Source of the DNA: Candidatus Uhrbacteria bacterium RIFCSPLOWO2_01_FULL_47_17
Lineage (GTDB): Bacteria > Patescibacteriota > Patescibacteriia > UBA9934 > GWF2-40-263
Direction: 5' to 3'
Length of the DNA stretch: 64,000 bases
Assembly: GCA_001791305.1 (NCBI GenBank)
Contig: MGEI01000004.1
Coordinates: forward strand, 129,804-193,803
Shown piece by piece: positions 18,543 through 31,328 of the stretch (within the stretch, counting starts at the first letter, position 1; each line of letters opens with the position of its first letter). Below the pieces are notes generated by a model. That model did no database searches, had not been told where the DNA came from, and worked only from the letters and a program-made list of their open reading frames with translations. The position numbers and the translations under genes are program-made.

Positions 18543-20333
18543 ATGAAAGATCTCTTGCACATCCGGAACTTCTGTATTATTGCCCATATTGACCACGGAA
18601 AGTCGACCCTGTCGGATCGACTTTTAGAATTGACAGGGACGGTGGAGCATCGAAACATGAAGGCACAGATTCTCGACTCAATGGATATTGAACGCGAACG
18701 CGGAATCACCATCAAACTCGCGCCGGCGCAGATGGCATATAAAGGATTGATCTTAAACCTGATCGACACGCCGGGGCATGTGGATTTCAACTACGAAGTT
18801 TCGCGTTCACTCGCGGCTGTGGAAGGCGCCGTGCTTCTCGTAGACTCAACGCAAGGTGTGCAAGCGCAGACGATCGGAAATTTGTATCTCGCCATTGAAG
18901 AAGGACTCACGATTATTCCCGTTTTGAACAAGATCGATCTTCCCGCATCGGATGTTCCTCGACGCACACAAGAAATTATCAAGTTGATCGGTTGCGATCC
19001 ATCCGAGATTCTCGCTGTAAGCGGAAAAACGGGTGAGGGAGTTCTCGCATTGCTTGATAGAATAATCGAGAAAGTGCCGCCGCCAAAAGGTGATGTCGAG
19101 AAGCCGCTTCGTGCGCTCATCTTCGATTCATTTTACGACGACTATCGCGGCGTTATGGCGTATGTTCGTGTTGTAGATGGTTCGTTCAAGACGGGAGAGA
19201 AGATTAAATTTATGGCGACCGGTGCCGAGGTCGAGATTCTCGAAGTTGGAGCTGTTACGCCAAATGGTCGTATTCCACAGCATGAACTCGAAACCGGTCA
19301 GATCGGGTATGTCGTAACAGGGCTCAAAACGATCGCCCACTGTCGCGTCGGAGATACAATCACATTGGCCGATGCAAAAGTCGAATCGCTTGGCGGATAT
19401 CGTGAAGTGAAACCGATGGTGTTTGCGGGCGTGTTCCCAGCAGAGGGCGATAACTTTGGACGATTGCGCGAGGCGATGGAGCGTTTGAAATTGAACGACT
19501 CCGCGCTTGTATATGAACCTGAACATTCTCCTGCACTCGGATACGGATTTCGTTGCGGCCTCCTTGGGATGCTTCACCTCGAAATTCTCAAAGAACGTCT
19601 CGAACGCGAGTTCAACATTGAACTTGTCGTCACAGTTCCGTCCGTTGCGTACAATGTGTTCAAGCGAAACGGTGAAGTGTTCATGATCAAAAGTCCGCTC
19701 GAACTTCCGGATGTTTCGCATATTGAAAAGATTGATGAACCGTGGGTGACAGCCGACATTGTGACACCAACGGATTATGTTGGAGGCGTCATGCAACTTG
19801 TTCAGGATCGTCGAGGAATTTATAAGAACACCGAGTATCTTTCCGAGAATCGCGCGATCCTCCATTACGAAATACCACTGTCCATGATCATTGTGGATTT
19901 TTACGACAAACTGAAAAGTGTGACGGCTGGTTACGCGTCGCTCAATTATGATTTGAAAGATTATCGCGAAGCGGATGTTGTGAAGATGGATATTTTGGTG
20001 GCGGAAGAGCCTGTCGAAGCATTTGCGACTTTGGTGTATCGTAATGAAGCAGAGCGTTCTGGGCGTCGTATTGTAAAGTCGCTCAAGGAATCCATTCCAC
20101 GCGAAAATTTTGTGATTAAACTCCAGGCCGCGATCGGGGGAAAGATTATTGCGAGTGAACAAATTTCGGCTGTGCGAAAAGATGTGACGGCTGGATTGTA
20201 CGGAGGAGATGTAACACGCAAACGCAAACTTCTCGAAAAACAAAAAAAAGGAAAAGCCCGCATGTCCGAAATGGGTCGTGGTCGTGTCACGATTCCGACT
20301 GATGCATATTTAAAAGTTTTGAAGAGGGATTAA
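18543..20333 (+). CDS. lepA: translation elongation factor 4
   Basis: IRNFCIIAHIDHGKSTLSDR, ERERGITIK, RKDVTAGLYGGDVTRKRKLLEKQK. Confidence 0.97.
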   Translation: MKDLLHIRNFCIIAHIDHGKSTLSDRLLELTGTVEHRNMKAQILDSMDIERERGITIKLAPAQMAYKGLILNLIDTPGHVDFNYEVSRSLAAVEGAVLLVDSTQGVQAQTIGNLYLAIEEGLTIIPVLNKIDLPASDVPRRTQEIIKLIGCDPSEILAVSGKTGEGVLALLDRIIEKVPPPKGDVEKPLRALIFDSFYDDYRGVMAYVRVVDGSFKTGEKIKFMATGAEVEILEVGAVTPNGRIPQHELETGQIGYVVTGLKTIAHCRVGDTITLADAKVESLGGYREVKPMVFAGVFPAEGDNFGRLREAMERLKLNDSALVYEPEHSPALGYGFRCGLLGMLHLEILKERLEREFNIELVVTVPSVAYNVFKRNGEVFMIKSPLELPDVSHIEKIDEPWVTADIVTPTDYVGGVMQLVQDRRGIYKNTEYLSENRAILHYEIPLSMIIVDFYDKLKSVTAGYASLNYDLKDYREADVVKMDILVAEEPVEAFATLVYRNEAERSGRRIVKSLKESIPRENFVIKLQAAIGGKIIASEQISAVRKDVTAGLYGGDVTRKRKLLEKQKKGKARMSEMGRGRVTIPTDAYLKVLKRD

Positions 20334-20334
20334 T

Positions 20335-20427
20335 ATGAACAAAAAATCCACACGAATCTTTTGGACAATTATTTCTGTGATTGTCATCGCAAGCATGGTC
20401 ATGTCATCGATGTTGTTTGCGTTTTAA
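20335..20427 (+). CDS. 30-aa single-TM microprotein (not in ORF track)
   Basis: MNKKSTRIFWTIISVIVIASMVMSSMLFAF; sits 1 nt after the lepA stop and 1 nt before the recJ ATG. Confidence 0.7.
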   Translation: MNKKSTRIFWTIISVIVIASMVMSSMLFAF

Positions 20428-20428
20428 T

Positions 20429-22177
20429 ATGTCCAAACTCTGGCTCGCCGCTGATCCTGCTCCGGCAGAATTTTTTGCACAATTTCCGGAGCTTCATCCG
20501 GTCCTTTTGCAATTGCTTTATCATCGCGGGATCAAAACACAAGAGCAAATCGATATTTTTCTCGGACCTGATTGGAGTCGCGATACATGTGCGCCATCAA
20601 CGTTTCGAAATATGTCGGTCGCGGTTTCTTGTGTGTTCGATGCATTCTCGAAAGGAGAAGTGATCACGATTCATGGTGATTATGATGCAGACGGTGTGTG
20701 TGGATCTACCGTGCTTGTGACGACACTGCGGGATATTTCTCGAGCATTGAAGTTCGACGAATCAAAAATTGAATACTACATTCCGCATCGCGAGCTTGAG
20801 GGATACGGCTTTTCGACGGACACCGTCGAGCAACTGCGCGAGAAAACTAAACTCGTCATCACCGTCGATTGCGGCATCTCAAACAAACCCGCGATCGATC
20901 TCGCAAAGTCTTACGGAATTGACACGATCGTGTGTGATCATCACACCATGCCAAAAGAATTGCCCGAATCTGCGATTTTGATCCATCCGCTTGTACCTGG
21001 GGAGACATTCTCAAACAAGCACTTGTGCGGCACAGGAGTCGCGTTCAAACTCGCTAGCGCGCTTATCGACGAGGCTCGCGTTCGTGGCGCGGATTTTCCA
21101 ATCGGTCACGAAAAGTGGTTGCTCGATTTGGTTGCGATCGCGACCGTGACGGATATGGTTCCGCTTGTGGGCGAGAATCGCGTGCTTGAGATTTTTGGCC
21201 TTCTCGTCCTCAACAAAACAAAACGTCCAGGCTTGCGTGCGCTCATTGAGATTGCCGGCGGAAAGCTCGGCGAGCTCGACACGACCTCGATCGGGTTTCA
21301 AATCGGCCCGCGTTTGAATGCGGCAGGTCGCATGGCGCATGCGTACGATGCGCTTGAGCTCATGATCGAAGAGGACGAAACGAAAGCGGTTGAGAAGGCG
21401 ATGAAACTTCAGGCAACGAATAAAGCACGACAAGCGCGTTCTGATGAAATGTACAAAGAGGCAAAGAGTCAGCTTGTTGTCCCGCCAGAGGGTTGTATTA
21501 TTTTGTATCAAGATGGATGGCAAGCGGGACTTGTCGGTCTTGTGGCGGGAAAATTAGTGAATGAATACGGACTTCCAACATTTATTTTTGGAAAAGAGGG
21601 GAACCATTATATTGGTTCGGGAAGAAGTACGGATCGTGTTGATTTGATGCCAGCCCTGCATGCAGCAGCCGCGCATCTTGAAAAATATGGTGGGCATCCA
21701 CAAGCATGCGGACTTTCCATTCGGAGCTGCGAAGACTATGAAGCGGCAACAAAAATCATGCGCGAAACGCTTGCGGCAAGTATGGCCGTTGGAGATGGGT
21801 TCGCGCTTCTTCCCATTGACGCGGACATGAAGCTTGAGGATGTCTCTTGGGATCTTGTTTCAAGTTTGGAAAAATGCAAACCGTTCGGCATGGGAAACCC
21901 CTCGCCTATTTTTGCTGCGCGCTCCGTAACGGTGGTTGGCCTTTCAACGGTTGGCGCCGATGGCAAACATTTGCGTCTCACCATTCAATCACCAAACGGA
22001 AAGATTCTGAAGATGATCGGTTTCTCATTCGGATTTCATATTGAAACGCTTCATCTTGGTGATGTTCTTGATGTCGCATTTGAAGTGACCATAAACGAAT
22101 GGAATGGTAATCGAGAACTCCAAGGACGCATCATAGATTTACGAAAAAGCGTCGTCCATACCATTTTCGGAAAATAG
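20429..22177 (+). CDS. recJ: single-stranded-DNA exonuclease
   Basis: HGDYDADGV, TVDCGI, CDHH, ATVTDMVPL, PRLNAAGR, GSGRS, GGHPQACG. Confidence 0.94.
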   Translation: MSKLWLAADPAPAEFFAQFPELHPVLLQLLYHRGIKTQEQIDIFLGPDWSRDTCAPSTFRNMSVAVSCVFDAFSKGEVITIHGDYDADGVCGSTVLVTTLRDISRALKFDESKIEYYIPHRELEGYGFSTDTVEQLREKTKLVITVDCGISNKPAIDLAKSYGIDTIVCDHHTMPKELPESAILIHPLVPGETFSNKHLCGTGVAFKLASALIDEARVRGADFPIGHEKWLLDLVAIATVTDMVPLVGENRVLEIFGLLVLNKTKRPGLRALIEIAGGKLGELDTTSIGFQIGPRLNAAGRMAHAYDALELMIEEDETKAVEKAMKLQATNKARQARSDEMYKEAKSQLVVPPEGCIILYQDGWQAGLVGLVAGKLVNEYGLPTFIFGKEGNHYIGSGRSTDRVDLMPALHAAAAHLEKYGGHPQACGLSIRSCEDYEAATKIMRETLAASMAVGDGFALLPIDADMKLEDVSWDLVSSLEKCKPFGMGNPSPIFAARSVTVVGLSTVGADGKHLRLTIQSPNGKILKMIGFSFGFHIETLHLGDVLDVAFEVTINEWNGNRELQGRIIDLRKSVVHTIFGK

Positions 22178-22234
22178 AATGAAACCCACCCACAAACCGT
22201 GCATGAAATTTCATTGAACAAATTTTGATTCCTT

Positions 22235-22648
22235 ATGTCCAAACACGCTCACCTAAAAATCTTCACCGACGGTGGATCTCGTGGAAATCCAGGTCCCGCG
22301 GCATCCGGTGCGGTTTTGTATTCGGAAGACGGAGAAGTCGTTGCAACTGCCTCGAAATATCTCGGACGCGATACAAACAACCAGGCCGAATACATCGCGA
22401 TTGTGATTGGGCTTGAGAAGGCAAAATCTCTTGGTGCGGAGACACTCGAGTTGTGTATGGACTCTGAGCTCGCCGTAAAACAATTGAAAGGGGAATATAA
22501 AGTAAAGAATCCTGAAATCGCCAAACGGTTCCTCGAAGTCAAAAATTTGATTGCGCAATTTGATTACGTCAAAATAAAACACGTGCGCAGAGAGTTGAAT
22601 AAAGCCGCAGACGCGCTTGTGAATAAAGTTCTCGATGAACGTGCATAA
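22235..22648 (+). CDS. rnhA: ribonuclease HI
   Basis: FTDGGSRGNPGPA, TNNQAEY, DSELAVKQ, HVRRELNKAAD. Confidence 0.9.
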   Translation: MSKHAHLKIFTDGGSRGNPGPAASGAVLYSEDGEVVATASKYLGRDTNNQAEYIAIVIGLEKAKSLGAETLELCMDSELAVKQLKGEYKVKNPEIAKRFLEVKNLIAQFDYVKIKHVRRELNKAADALVNKVLDERA

Positions 22649-22681
22649 TCTTTTTCACGATCATGGTATGATGTTTCACGC

Positions 22682-23710
22682 ATGAGAGTATTTTCAAGAG
22701 GACAGATGAAAGGAAGAAAAAAACTGGTATGGGTGTTTGTTACGGTGATTTTTATCGGTTTGTTTTTTTTATTCAGCTTTACGCAGGCCGTTTCGCCAAA
22801 AATTCGTTTGGCTGTTCCATTTTCGATTCAAATTCCGAATGGAACGTGGGTTCAACCATTTAAAGATGCGTGTGAAGAAACATCCCTGCTCATGGTAAAT
22901 GCGTTTTATCAAAAAAAGACCTTTACAGATAAAAAGGATGTGGTGCGACAAATTCAAGAATTGGTTGCGCTTGAAGATAAGCTTTTTGGATTTAACAAAG
23001 ATACGAGTGCCGAGCTGATGGTGCGGCTTGTCAACAGATATTTGCCGTATGAAGCGCACGTGGTTCAGACGCCGACAAAAGAACTGTTGTTTGATGAATT
23101 GGATCATGGGCGCCCTGTGATCGTTCCTGTCAACGGAAAATTGTTGAAAAACAAATACTATCTTGATCCAAATCTTTTCTATCATGTCATTGTGCTGATC
23201 GGGTACGATGCAGAGACGGGAATGTTTATCACACACGATCCTGGTACAAAGCATGGGGATCAAATGCGTTATGCGATACAAACAATCATGTATGCAAATG
23301 CGGATTTTAATACAAATCCTAAAGGACCTCGTGGGAAAGTCATGATTTTTACGTCACCTATCCTGAAGGAAACAACAGATGGAGATGAAGATCAAGATGG
23401 TCTTTCAAAACAACAAGAAGTGGTGCATGGAACGAGTTTATCTACGTCCGATACCGATCGAGATGGTTTTCTTGATGGAGAGGAAGTGCTCGCTGGTTAC
23501 AGCCCGATAGTTGCAGAACCTTCTTTGCGCCAACCATTCTTGTTGCGCGCGCAAGGCACAAAACAGATTTATCGTGTTGAAGGGTCTGTGAAACGCCACG
23601 TGCGTTCTTTAGAGACCATGCGTGCACATGGCTGGAGGTTCGAGGATGTTGTACACGTTTCATCGCGCTTTGCCGAGACGTTTCCTGTTGGAAATGTTGT
23701 AGAGGATTGA
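22682..23710 (+). CDS. exported C39-like peptidase with Asp-rich Ca-binding-type repeats
   Basis: TM anchor; 'DACEETS', 'YHVIVLIGYD', 'THDPG'; DEDQDGL and DTDRDGFLDGEE repeats. Confidence 0.7.
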   Translation: MRVFSRGQMKGRKKLVWVFVTVIFIGLFFLFSFTQAVSPKIRLAVPFSIQIPNGTWVQPFKDACEETSLLMVNAFYQKKTFTDKKDVVRQIQELVALEDKLFGFNKDTSAELMVRLVNRYLPYEAHVVQTPTKELLFDELDHGRPVIVPVNGKLLKNKYYLDPNLFYHVIVLIGYDAETGMFITHDPGTKHGDQMRYAIQTIMYANADFNTNPKGPRGKVMIFTSPILKETTDGDEDQDGLSKQQEVVHGTSLSTSDTDRDGFLDGEEVLAGYSPIVAEPSLRQPFLLRAQGTKQIYRVEGSVKRHVRSLETMRAHGWRFEDVVHVSSRFAETFPVGNVVED

Positions 23711-23762
23711 TAATCTTTTTGTACTACTCAATCTTTGTTTCTGGTGATATAATTGCACCACT

Positions 23763-24860
23763 ATGGGACTCTTCGGATCTTCAAAATCTAAAACATTTCT
23801 GGGAGTGGATATTGGCGGAAGTAGCATTAAAGTTGTTGAACTTGCAAATGAAAAAGGCCGCGCGCGTCTCATGACGTACGGGTATTTAGAGCTACCAGCA
23901 CAAGATGGTGGTGATGGTTTGTTTGATCAACCAAAAAAGGCGGGTGAGTTTTTGGCACGTGTGTGTAAAGAATCGGATGTGAAGGCAACGCAAGCCATGA
24001 CAGCTCTTCAATCTTCGAATGTCTTTTCGACGATTTTATCGTTACCAAAATCCAAAGATCCAAAAATGGTCAAACCCTTGATCGATGCGGAACTCGGCAA
24101 ACTCGCACCGTTGCCCGTGAATGAAATGATTACGTATTCCACCATGATTGATGGGGAGGGGGCGAAGGGAAAGGCGGAGAAGGCGGAAGGGGCGGAGAAG
24201 GCAAAAGAAGAGAAAGACAAATATACGCGGGTTCTCGTGACAGGTGCGGCGAAGACACTTGTGTCGAAGTATATTGAAATTTTTAAGACGGCCAAGTTGA
24301 GTTTGCAGGCGATTGATACAGAATCTTTTGCGCTTATTCGAGCGCTTATTGGAAAAGACAAGGGTGCCATCATGATTCTTGATCTTGGTTCAAAACGCAC
24401 AAATTTATTTATCGTGGAAAAGGGAATTCCGTTTGTGTCTCGAAGTATTAATATTGGAGGAGACTCGGTGACAAAGCGCATGGTTGAACAAATGCAATTG
24501 AATGAAGACGACGCTGAGCGGGCGAAACGTGATTTGGGTATTGCGGGTGGAAACGGTACGCTTCCAAAGATTCTCGAACCTATCATGCAGCCCATTGTGA
24601 ACGAGATTAAGTTTGCGTTTCAGTTATATGCCAACATGGAATTAACGGAACTCAAGCGTGTCGAGAAAATCATTTTAACCGGCGGATCTTCACACTTAGC
24701 ACATGTGCCGGAATATCTCTCGGAGACGCTCAACATGAATGTCTACCGCGGTGACCCTTGGGCACGAGTTGTGTATCCAAAAGACCTCGCGGTGGTTCTT
24801 GAGGAAATCGGCCCACGAATGGCCGTCGCGGTTGGTTTGGCAATGAGAGAGATGGAGTAA
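23763..24860 (+). CDS. pilM: type IV pilus assembly protein PilM
   Basis: LGVDIGGSSIKVVEL, ILDLGSKRT, IILTGGSS, AVAVGLAMR. Confidence 0.9.
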   Translation: MGLFGSSKSKTFLGVDIGGSSIKVVELANEKGRARLMTYGYLELPAQDGGDGLFDQPKKAGEFLARVCKESDVKATQAMTALQSSNVFSTILSLPKSKDPKMVKPLIDAELGKLAPLPVNEMITYSTMIDGEGAKGKAEKAEGAEKAKEEKDKYTRVLVTGAAKTLVSKYIEIFKTAKLSLQAIDTESFALIRALIGKDKGAIMILDLGSKRTNLFIVEKGIPFVSRSINIGGDSVTKRMVEQMQLNEDDAERAKRDLGIAGGNGTLPKILEPIMQPIVNEIKFAFQLYANMELTELKRVEKIILTGGSSHLAHVPEYLSETLNMNVYRGDPWARVVYPKDLAVVLEEIGPRMAVAVGLAMREME

Positions 24861-24861
24861 T

Positions 24862-25242
24862 ATGCCCCCAAAGAAAAAACCTTCACTGTTGATCGTCGAC
24901 CCCGATACGCATCTTGCGGATCTTTTGTCGAAGCGATTTTCCGCAGATGGTTGGACAGTCAGATCTGCAAAAAACGTTGAACAAGCCGAAAAACTTCTGA
25001 CACGCAAACCAAGTGATGTTGTGCTCGTGGATCCTTCAAAGGAATTGTTGCCAGAAGAAGTCATGGTAAAGCTCGTGGATAAAACCGCAAAAGGCGCGCG
25101 TACACTCATTCTTCATACTGCCGATTTCACCCGTAAAACCATTGCAGCATGGAAGCGAATTGAGGGAAGTGCTATGATTCGAAAAGGAGAACATTCTGTT
25201 TCGGAGTTTGTAAAACGGATCAAAAAAATAAAAAGCTTATAA
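24862..25242 (+). CDS. stand-alone response-regulator receiver-like protein
   Basis: LLIVD..., DVVLVD, beta/alpha receiver pattern. Confidence 0.65.
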   Translation: MPPKKKPSLLIVDPDTHLADLLSKRFSADGWTVRSAKNVEQAEKLLTRKPSDVVLVDPSKELLPEEVMVKLVDKTAKGARTLILHTADFTRKTIAAWKRIEGSAMIRKGEHSVSEFVKRIKKIKSL

Positions 25243-25246
25243 ATGT

Positions 25247-25747
25247 ATGGATCCACAACCAAAAGTTACGCTTGTTGAGATTCTTGTTGTTGTCGCCATC
25301 ATTGCGCTTGTTGGGATGCTTGCGGCCGTTGCGGTTGGTTCGGCACGTTCAAAAGAACGCGACGCCACGCGACTTTCAAATGTCCGTCAAATCCAATCCG
25401 CTTTGGAGGATTATTTTAATGAAAACAATGCGTATCCGGAAGGTGAGGCTTTGCCACTTGGGGATTCTGCTCAAAGTGCGTGTCTTGGCATCACGGGATT
25501 TCACGCAGATTGCTCCACAGAAACCGCAACCATTATACGCGTTGTGCCCCGTACGTATGAATCTGGCCTTCCGGGAAAAGTTACGTGTGGAAATCCGGCC
25601 AGAAAAGCATTTTGCTACTCACTTCTGAGTGAAGGAAACGCTTACGCCATCCAATTCGAACTTGAAAATGCGCTGCCCGGTGCCGGCCTTCAAAAAGGTG
25701 TGAATTGTGCCGTGCCAGGCAAGATGGCGGCAGGTGCATGCCAATAA
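25247..25747 (+). CDS. type IV pilin / pseudopilin-like protein
   Basis: TLVEILVVVAIIALVGMLA, 'ARSKERDATRLSNVRQIQSALEDYF...YP'. Confidence 0.85.
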   Translation: MDPQPKVTLVEILVVVAIIALVGMLAAVAVGSARSKERDATRLSNVRQIQSALEDYFNENNAYPEGEALPLGDSAQSACLGITGFHADCSTETATIIRVVPRTYESGLPGKVTCGNPARKAFCYSLLSEGNAYAIQFELENALPGAGLQKGVNCAVPGKMAAGACQ

Positions 25748-25846
25748 AGGAATTCGTTGACAGTTTTTCAAAAATCCCGTATAACCAACAAGCTAATCAA
25801 GGTGATTAGCTTTTCTGTTTCGCTCAAAAGAAGGATTGCGATACTC

Positions 25847-28226
<2,380 letters not shown>

Positions 28227-28227
<1 letters not shown>

Positions 28228-28535
28228 TGATTTTTCCTATGTTTACGACAGAAGACGTGAAGAAAATTGCGAAGCTTTCTCGATTACACATCACCGAGGA
28301 AGAAACGGAACAGTACCGTGAGAAACTCGGATCGATTTTGGAATATGTGGATCAGCTTCAAGAAGTGGACACAATGGGCGTGCCTGAGTTGCAACATGCG
28401 GTCGCGGTCGAGAACGTATTTCGATCAGACGAACCCTCGATTGATCTCGATGAACGCGCTCGAGCCATGGAAATGTTCTCAGCACGTAAAGGCGATTTGC
28501 TCGAAGTGCAGGCGGTTTTTTCTAAGGACGAATAA
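28227..28535 (+). CDS. gatC: Asp/Glu-tRNA amidotransferase subunit C
   Basis: 'EDVKKIAKLSRL...ILEYVDQLQEVDT'; upstream of gatA. Confidence 0.9.
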
Positions 28536-28537
28536 GT

Positions 28538-29950
28538 ATGAAAACCATTCGCGAATTATCAAAAGCATTACAGGAACGAACTCTCACCAGTGAAGAACTG
28601 GTGCGTTCTTGTTTGAAAAAGATAGAAGAGGAAAACGAAGCGTTGAACGCGTTCATTTGGGTTTCGGGAACGGCCATTGATGAGGCGAAGGAAATTGATC
28701 TTCGTCGAGAGGCGGGCGAGGAACTTTCTGTCCTCGCGGGAATTCCGATTGCGGTGAAGGACAACATTCTTGTTCAAGGTTGGGAGATTACGGCAGGTTC
28801 GCAGATTCTCGAGAATCATAAAGGCGCTTACGATGCGACCGTTATCGAGAGACTCAAGAACGCAGGCGCGATTTTGATCGGGCGCACAAACATGGATGAA
28901 TTCGCCATGGGTTCTTCGACAGAAACCTCGCACTACGGTTCCACGAAGAATCCACATGATCGCACAAAAGTTCCAGGTGGATCGAGTGGCGGATCGGCCG
29001 TCGCGGTTGCGGCAGGATTTGTTCCGTGCGCCCTCGGATCCGATACTGGTGGATCTGTTCGCCAACCCGCATCACTTTGTGGTGTTGTTGGTCTCAAACC
29101 AACCTACGGCCGTGTCTCTCGATATGGGTTGATCCCAATGGCGTCGAGTCTTGATCAGATCGGACCGTTTACGAATACGATCGAGGATGCCGCGCTCGTG
29201 ATGGAAGTGATCGAAGGGAAGGATGAAAATGACGCGACTTCGATCGAACTTGCCTCGACAACCGCGCCAGAACTTATTGAACCGGATGTAAAAGGATTGC
29301 GCATTGGACTTCCAAAAGAATATTTTGTGGAAGGCATGGATGAAGAAATTCGCATGCGCATCGACGAGGCGGTGAAGAAGTTCGAAGCCGCGGGTGCGAT
29401 CATTAAAGAAGTTTCGTTGCCGCACGCGAAGTATGCCCTCGCGGCGTATTACATCGTTGCGCCATCCGAGATCACCTCGAACTTGGGTCGCTTTGACGGT
29501 CTTCGTTACGGCTATCACTCACAAGGCAGCAACCTTCTCGACACGTATGAGCGAACACGCGGCGAAGGATTCGGACCAGAAGTAAAACGCCGCATCATGC
29601 TCGGCTCGTACACGCTCTCGGCTGGTTATTACGACGCCTATTACAAAAAAGCACTTCAAGTTCGATCACTGATTAAACAAGATTTCGACGAGGCGCTCAA
29701 AGAAGTGGATGTAATTCTCACACCAACGAGCCCATCGGTCGCCTGGGACCTCGGCGCAAAGTTCGATGATCCGATCACCATGTATCTCTCGGATATCTAC
29801 ACCATCACCGCCAACCTTGCTGCCATTCCCGCAATCTCCATTCCGTGTGGAACCGCGCACGGCTTACCCGTCGGACTTCAGCTCATGGGCAAGGCGTTTG
29901 ATGAACACATGTTGTATAGAGCAGGAATGTGGTTTGAGAAAAATACATGA
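28538..29950 (+). CDS. gatA: Asp/Glu-tRNA amidotransferase subunit A
   Basis: [49 protein letters not shown]. Confidence 0.96.
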   Translation: MKTIRELSKALQERTLTSEELVRSCLKKIEEENEALNAFIWVSGTAIDEAKEIDLRREAGEELSVLAGIPIAVKDNILVQGWEITAGSQILENHKGAYDATVIERLKNAGAILIGRTNMDEFAMGSSTETSHYGSTKNPHDRTKVPGGSSGGSAVAVAAGFVPCALGSDTGGSVRQPASLCGVVGLKPTYGRVSRYGLIPMASSLDQIGPFTNTIEDAALVMEVIEGKDENDATSIELASTTAPELIEPDVKGLRIGLPKEYFVEGMDEEIRMRIDEAVKKFEAAGAIIKEVSLPHAKYALAAYYIVAPSEITSNLGRFDGLRYGYHSQGSNLLDTYERTRGEGFGPEVKRRIMLGSYTLSAGYYDAYYKKALQVRSLIKQDFDEALKEVDVILTPTSPSVAWDLGAKFDDPITMYLSDIYTITANLAAIPAISIPCGTAHGLPVGLQLMGKAFDEHMLYRAGMWFEKNT

Positions 29951-30693
29951 TTCCTTGGTTTCAATTTACAGTAATCCATTTTGGATTTTTGACGATTCAC
30001 GTCTGGGGCCTCTTGGTTGCGCTCGGTATTTTTTGTGCAACATGGGTCGCTTCTCGAAAAGCAAAACGCGACGGATTAAATCCCAACATTGTTTGCGATT
30101 TTGCGTTTTGGGTGATTCTCGGCGCATTTCTCGGTGCGCGCTTGTTCATGATCGTTTATGAGCCATCTGTGTATCTTGCGAATCCTGTCGAGCTGCTAAA
30201 AGTTTGGCAGGGCGGTTACTCGGAAATGGGTGGATTTCTTGGAGCGGTGATTGTGTTATTGATGTATTTTCGATCGAAGAAACTCGACGCATGGCGCTAT
30301 GCTGGATGTGTCGCGTATGCACTTCCTCTTGGATTCGGCATCGGTCGTATCGGCTGTTTCCTCATTCACGATCATCCAGGAACACTCACACACTTCATTT
30401 TAGGAGTTCGATATCCAGACGGTGTTCGACACGACCACGGGCTTTATCTCTCGATCGAGGGATTTCTTCTCTTTCTTTTATTTGTGTTTCTCGACCGTAA
30501 GCATGCGAAGCCGCAAACCTTTGTCGTTGCTTTTTTAATTCTCCACGGCATCATGCGTTTCTTTTTAGATTTTTTGCGTGCAATCGATGTGCGCTATTTT
30601 TTCCTCACTCCCGCACAATTCATTTCGATTGCCATGGTTTTAGCTGGTTTCGGACTTCTTTGCGTTCCTTTTTATAGATTAAAGCGGTCTTGA
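29947..30693 (+). CDS. lgt: prolipoprotein diacylglyceryl transferase
   Basis: GARL, 'VWQGG..EMGG', GRIGCF, RFFLDFLR. Confidence 0.85.
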   Translation: MIPWFQFTVIHFGFLTIHVWGLLVALGIFCATWVASRKAKRDGLNPNIVCDFAFWVILGAFLGARLFMIVYEPSVYLANPVELLKVWQGGYSEMGGFLGAVIVLLMYFRSKKLDAWRYAGCVAYALPLGFGIGRIGCFLIHDHPGTLTHFILGVRYPDGVRHDHGLYLSIEGFLLFLLFVFLDRKHAKPQTFVVAFLILHGIMRFFLDFLRAIDVRYFFLTPAQFISIAMVLAGFGLLCVPFYRLKRS

Positions 30694-30771
30694 TTCATCG
30701 TTCCTATCATGTTATTCTCCCGAAGCTTACAGGTCGTAAGCTTTGCTCTTTTCTCAAACGCAAGGAAACTC

Positions 30772-31275
30772 ATGCGTAACCGTACAGCGGTTGTCATGTT
30801 CTGCGGTCCGCTTCTTGAAAGCGGCAACGTCGAAACTCGTCGTATTTCGACGGCCATCAAGTGTGCTTTGGATGAACGCGTCCCTCTCGTGATCGTAGGT
30901 GATCCTGAACGTCGTACAGAACTGGAGTTGTACGAAAGCATGGCACATGAGCATGCCGTCATGTCTGTCGCAACGGTGTTTGCAAAAGATTCGCTGACAG
31001 AGTCTTATGCAAGCGCGCTTGCACAGCATCTGCAGCAACACCACCTTCCGAAGCTGACGGAAGTCTATCTTGTGACCGATCATTGGCACATGAACTGCGG
31101 GGAACTCATGCTCTATGCATGTTTGCAGGAAGCGGGTCTGCCGATCGTGGTCAATCGCATGGAAGTGAAGTCCGCGATTGAAGCGTCACGCAGTGTTCGC
31201 GATGCCGCACATGCAGAACTCGCCATCTTCGCCAAGAAAAAATTGGGCGTCGATCTTGTTCGTGCGCACGCGTAG
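30772..31275 (+). CDS. hypothetical protein, weakly YdcF/DUF218-like
   Basis: AAGGA SD; 'VYLVTDHWHM' resembles the YdcF LVTxxxHM motif. Confidence 0.55.
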   Translation: MRNRTAVVMFCGPLLESGNVETRRISTAIKCALDERVPLVIVGDPERRTELELYESMAHEHAVMSVATVFAKDSLTESYASALAQHLQQHHLPKLTEVYLVTDHWHMNCGELMLYACLQEAGLPIVVNRMEVKSAIEASRSVRDAAHAELAIFAKKKLGVDLVRAHA

Positions 31276-31328
31276 GCCGTCCCAAACTCAAAACCACCCA
31301 TAGCCTCTGGCGACGGGTGGTCTTTTCT

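Noticed and set aside
19128-20243. 371-aa minus-strand ORF
   Set aside because: Antisense shadow of lepA with no recognisable protein features.
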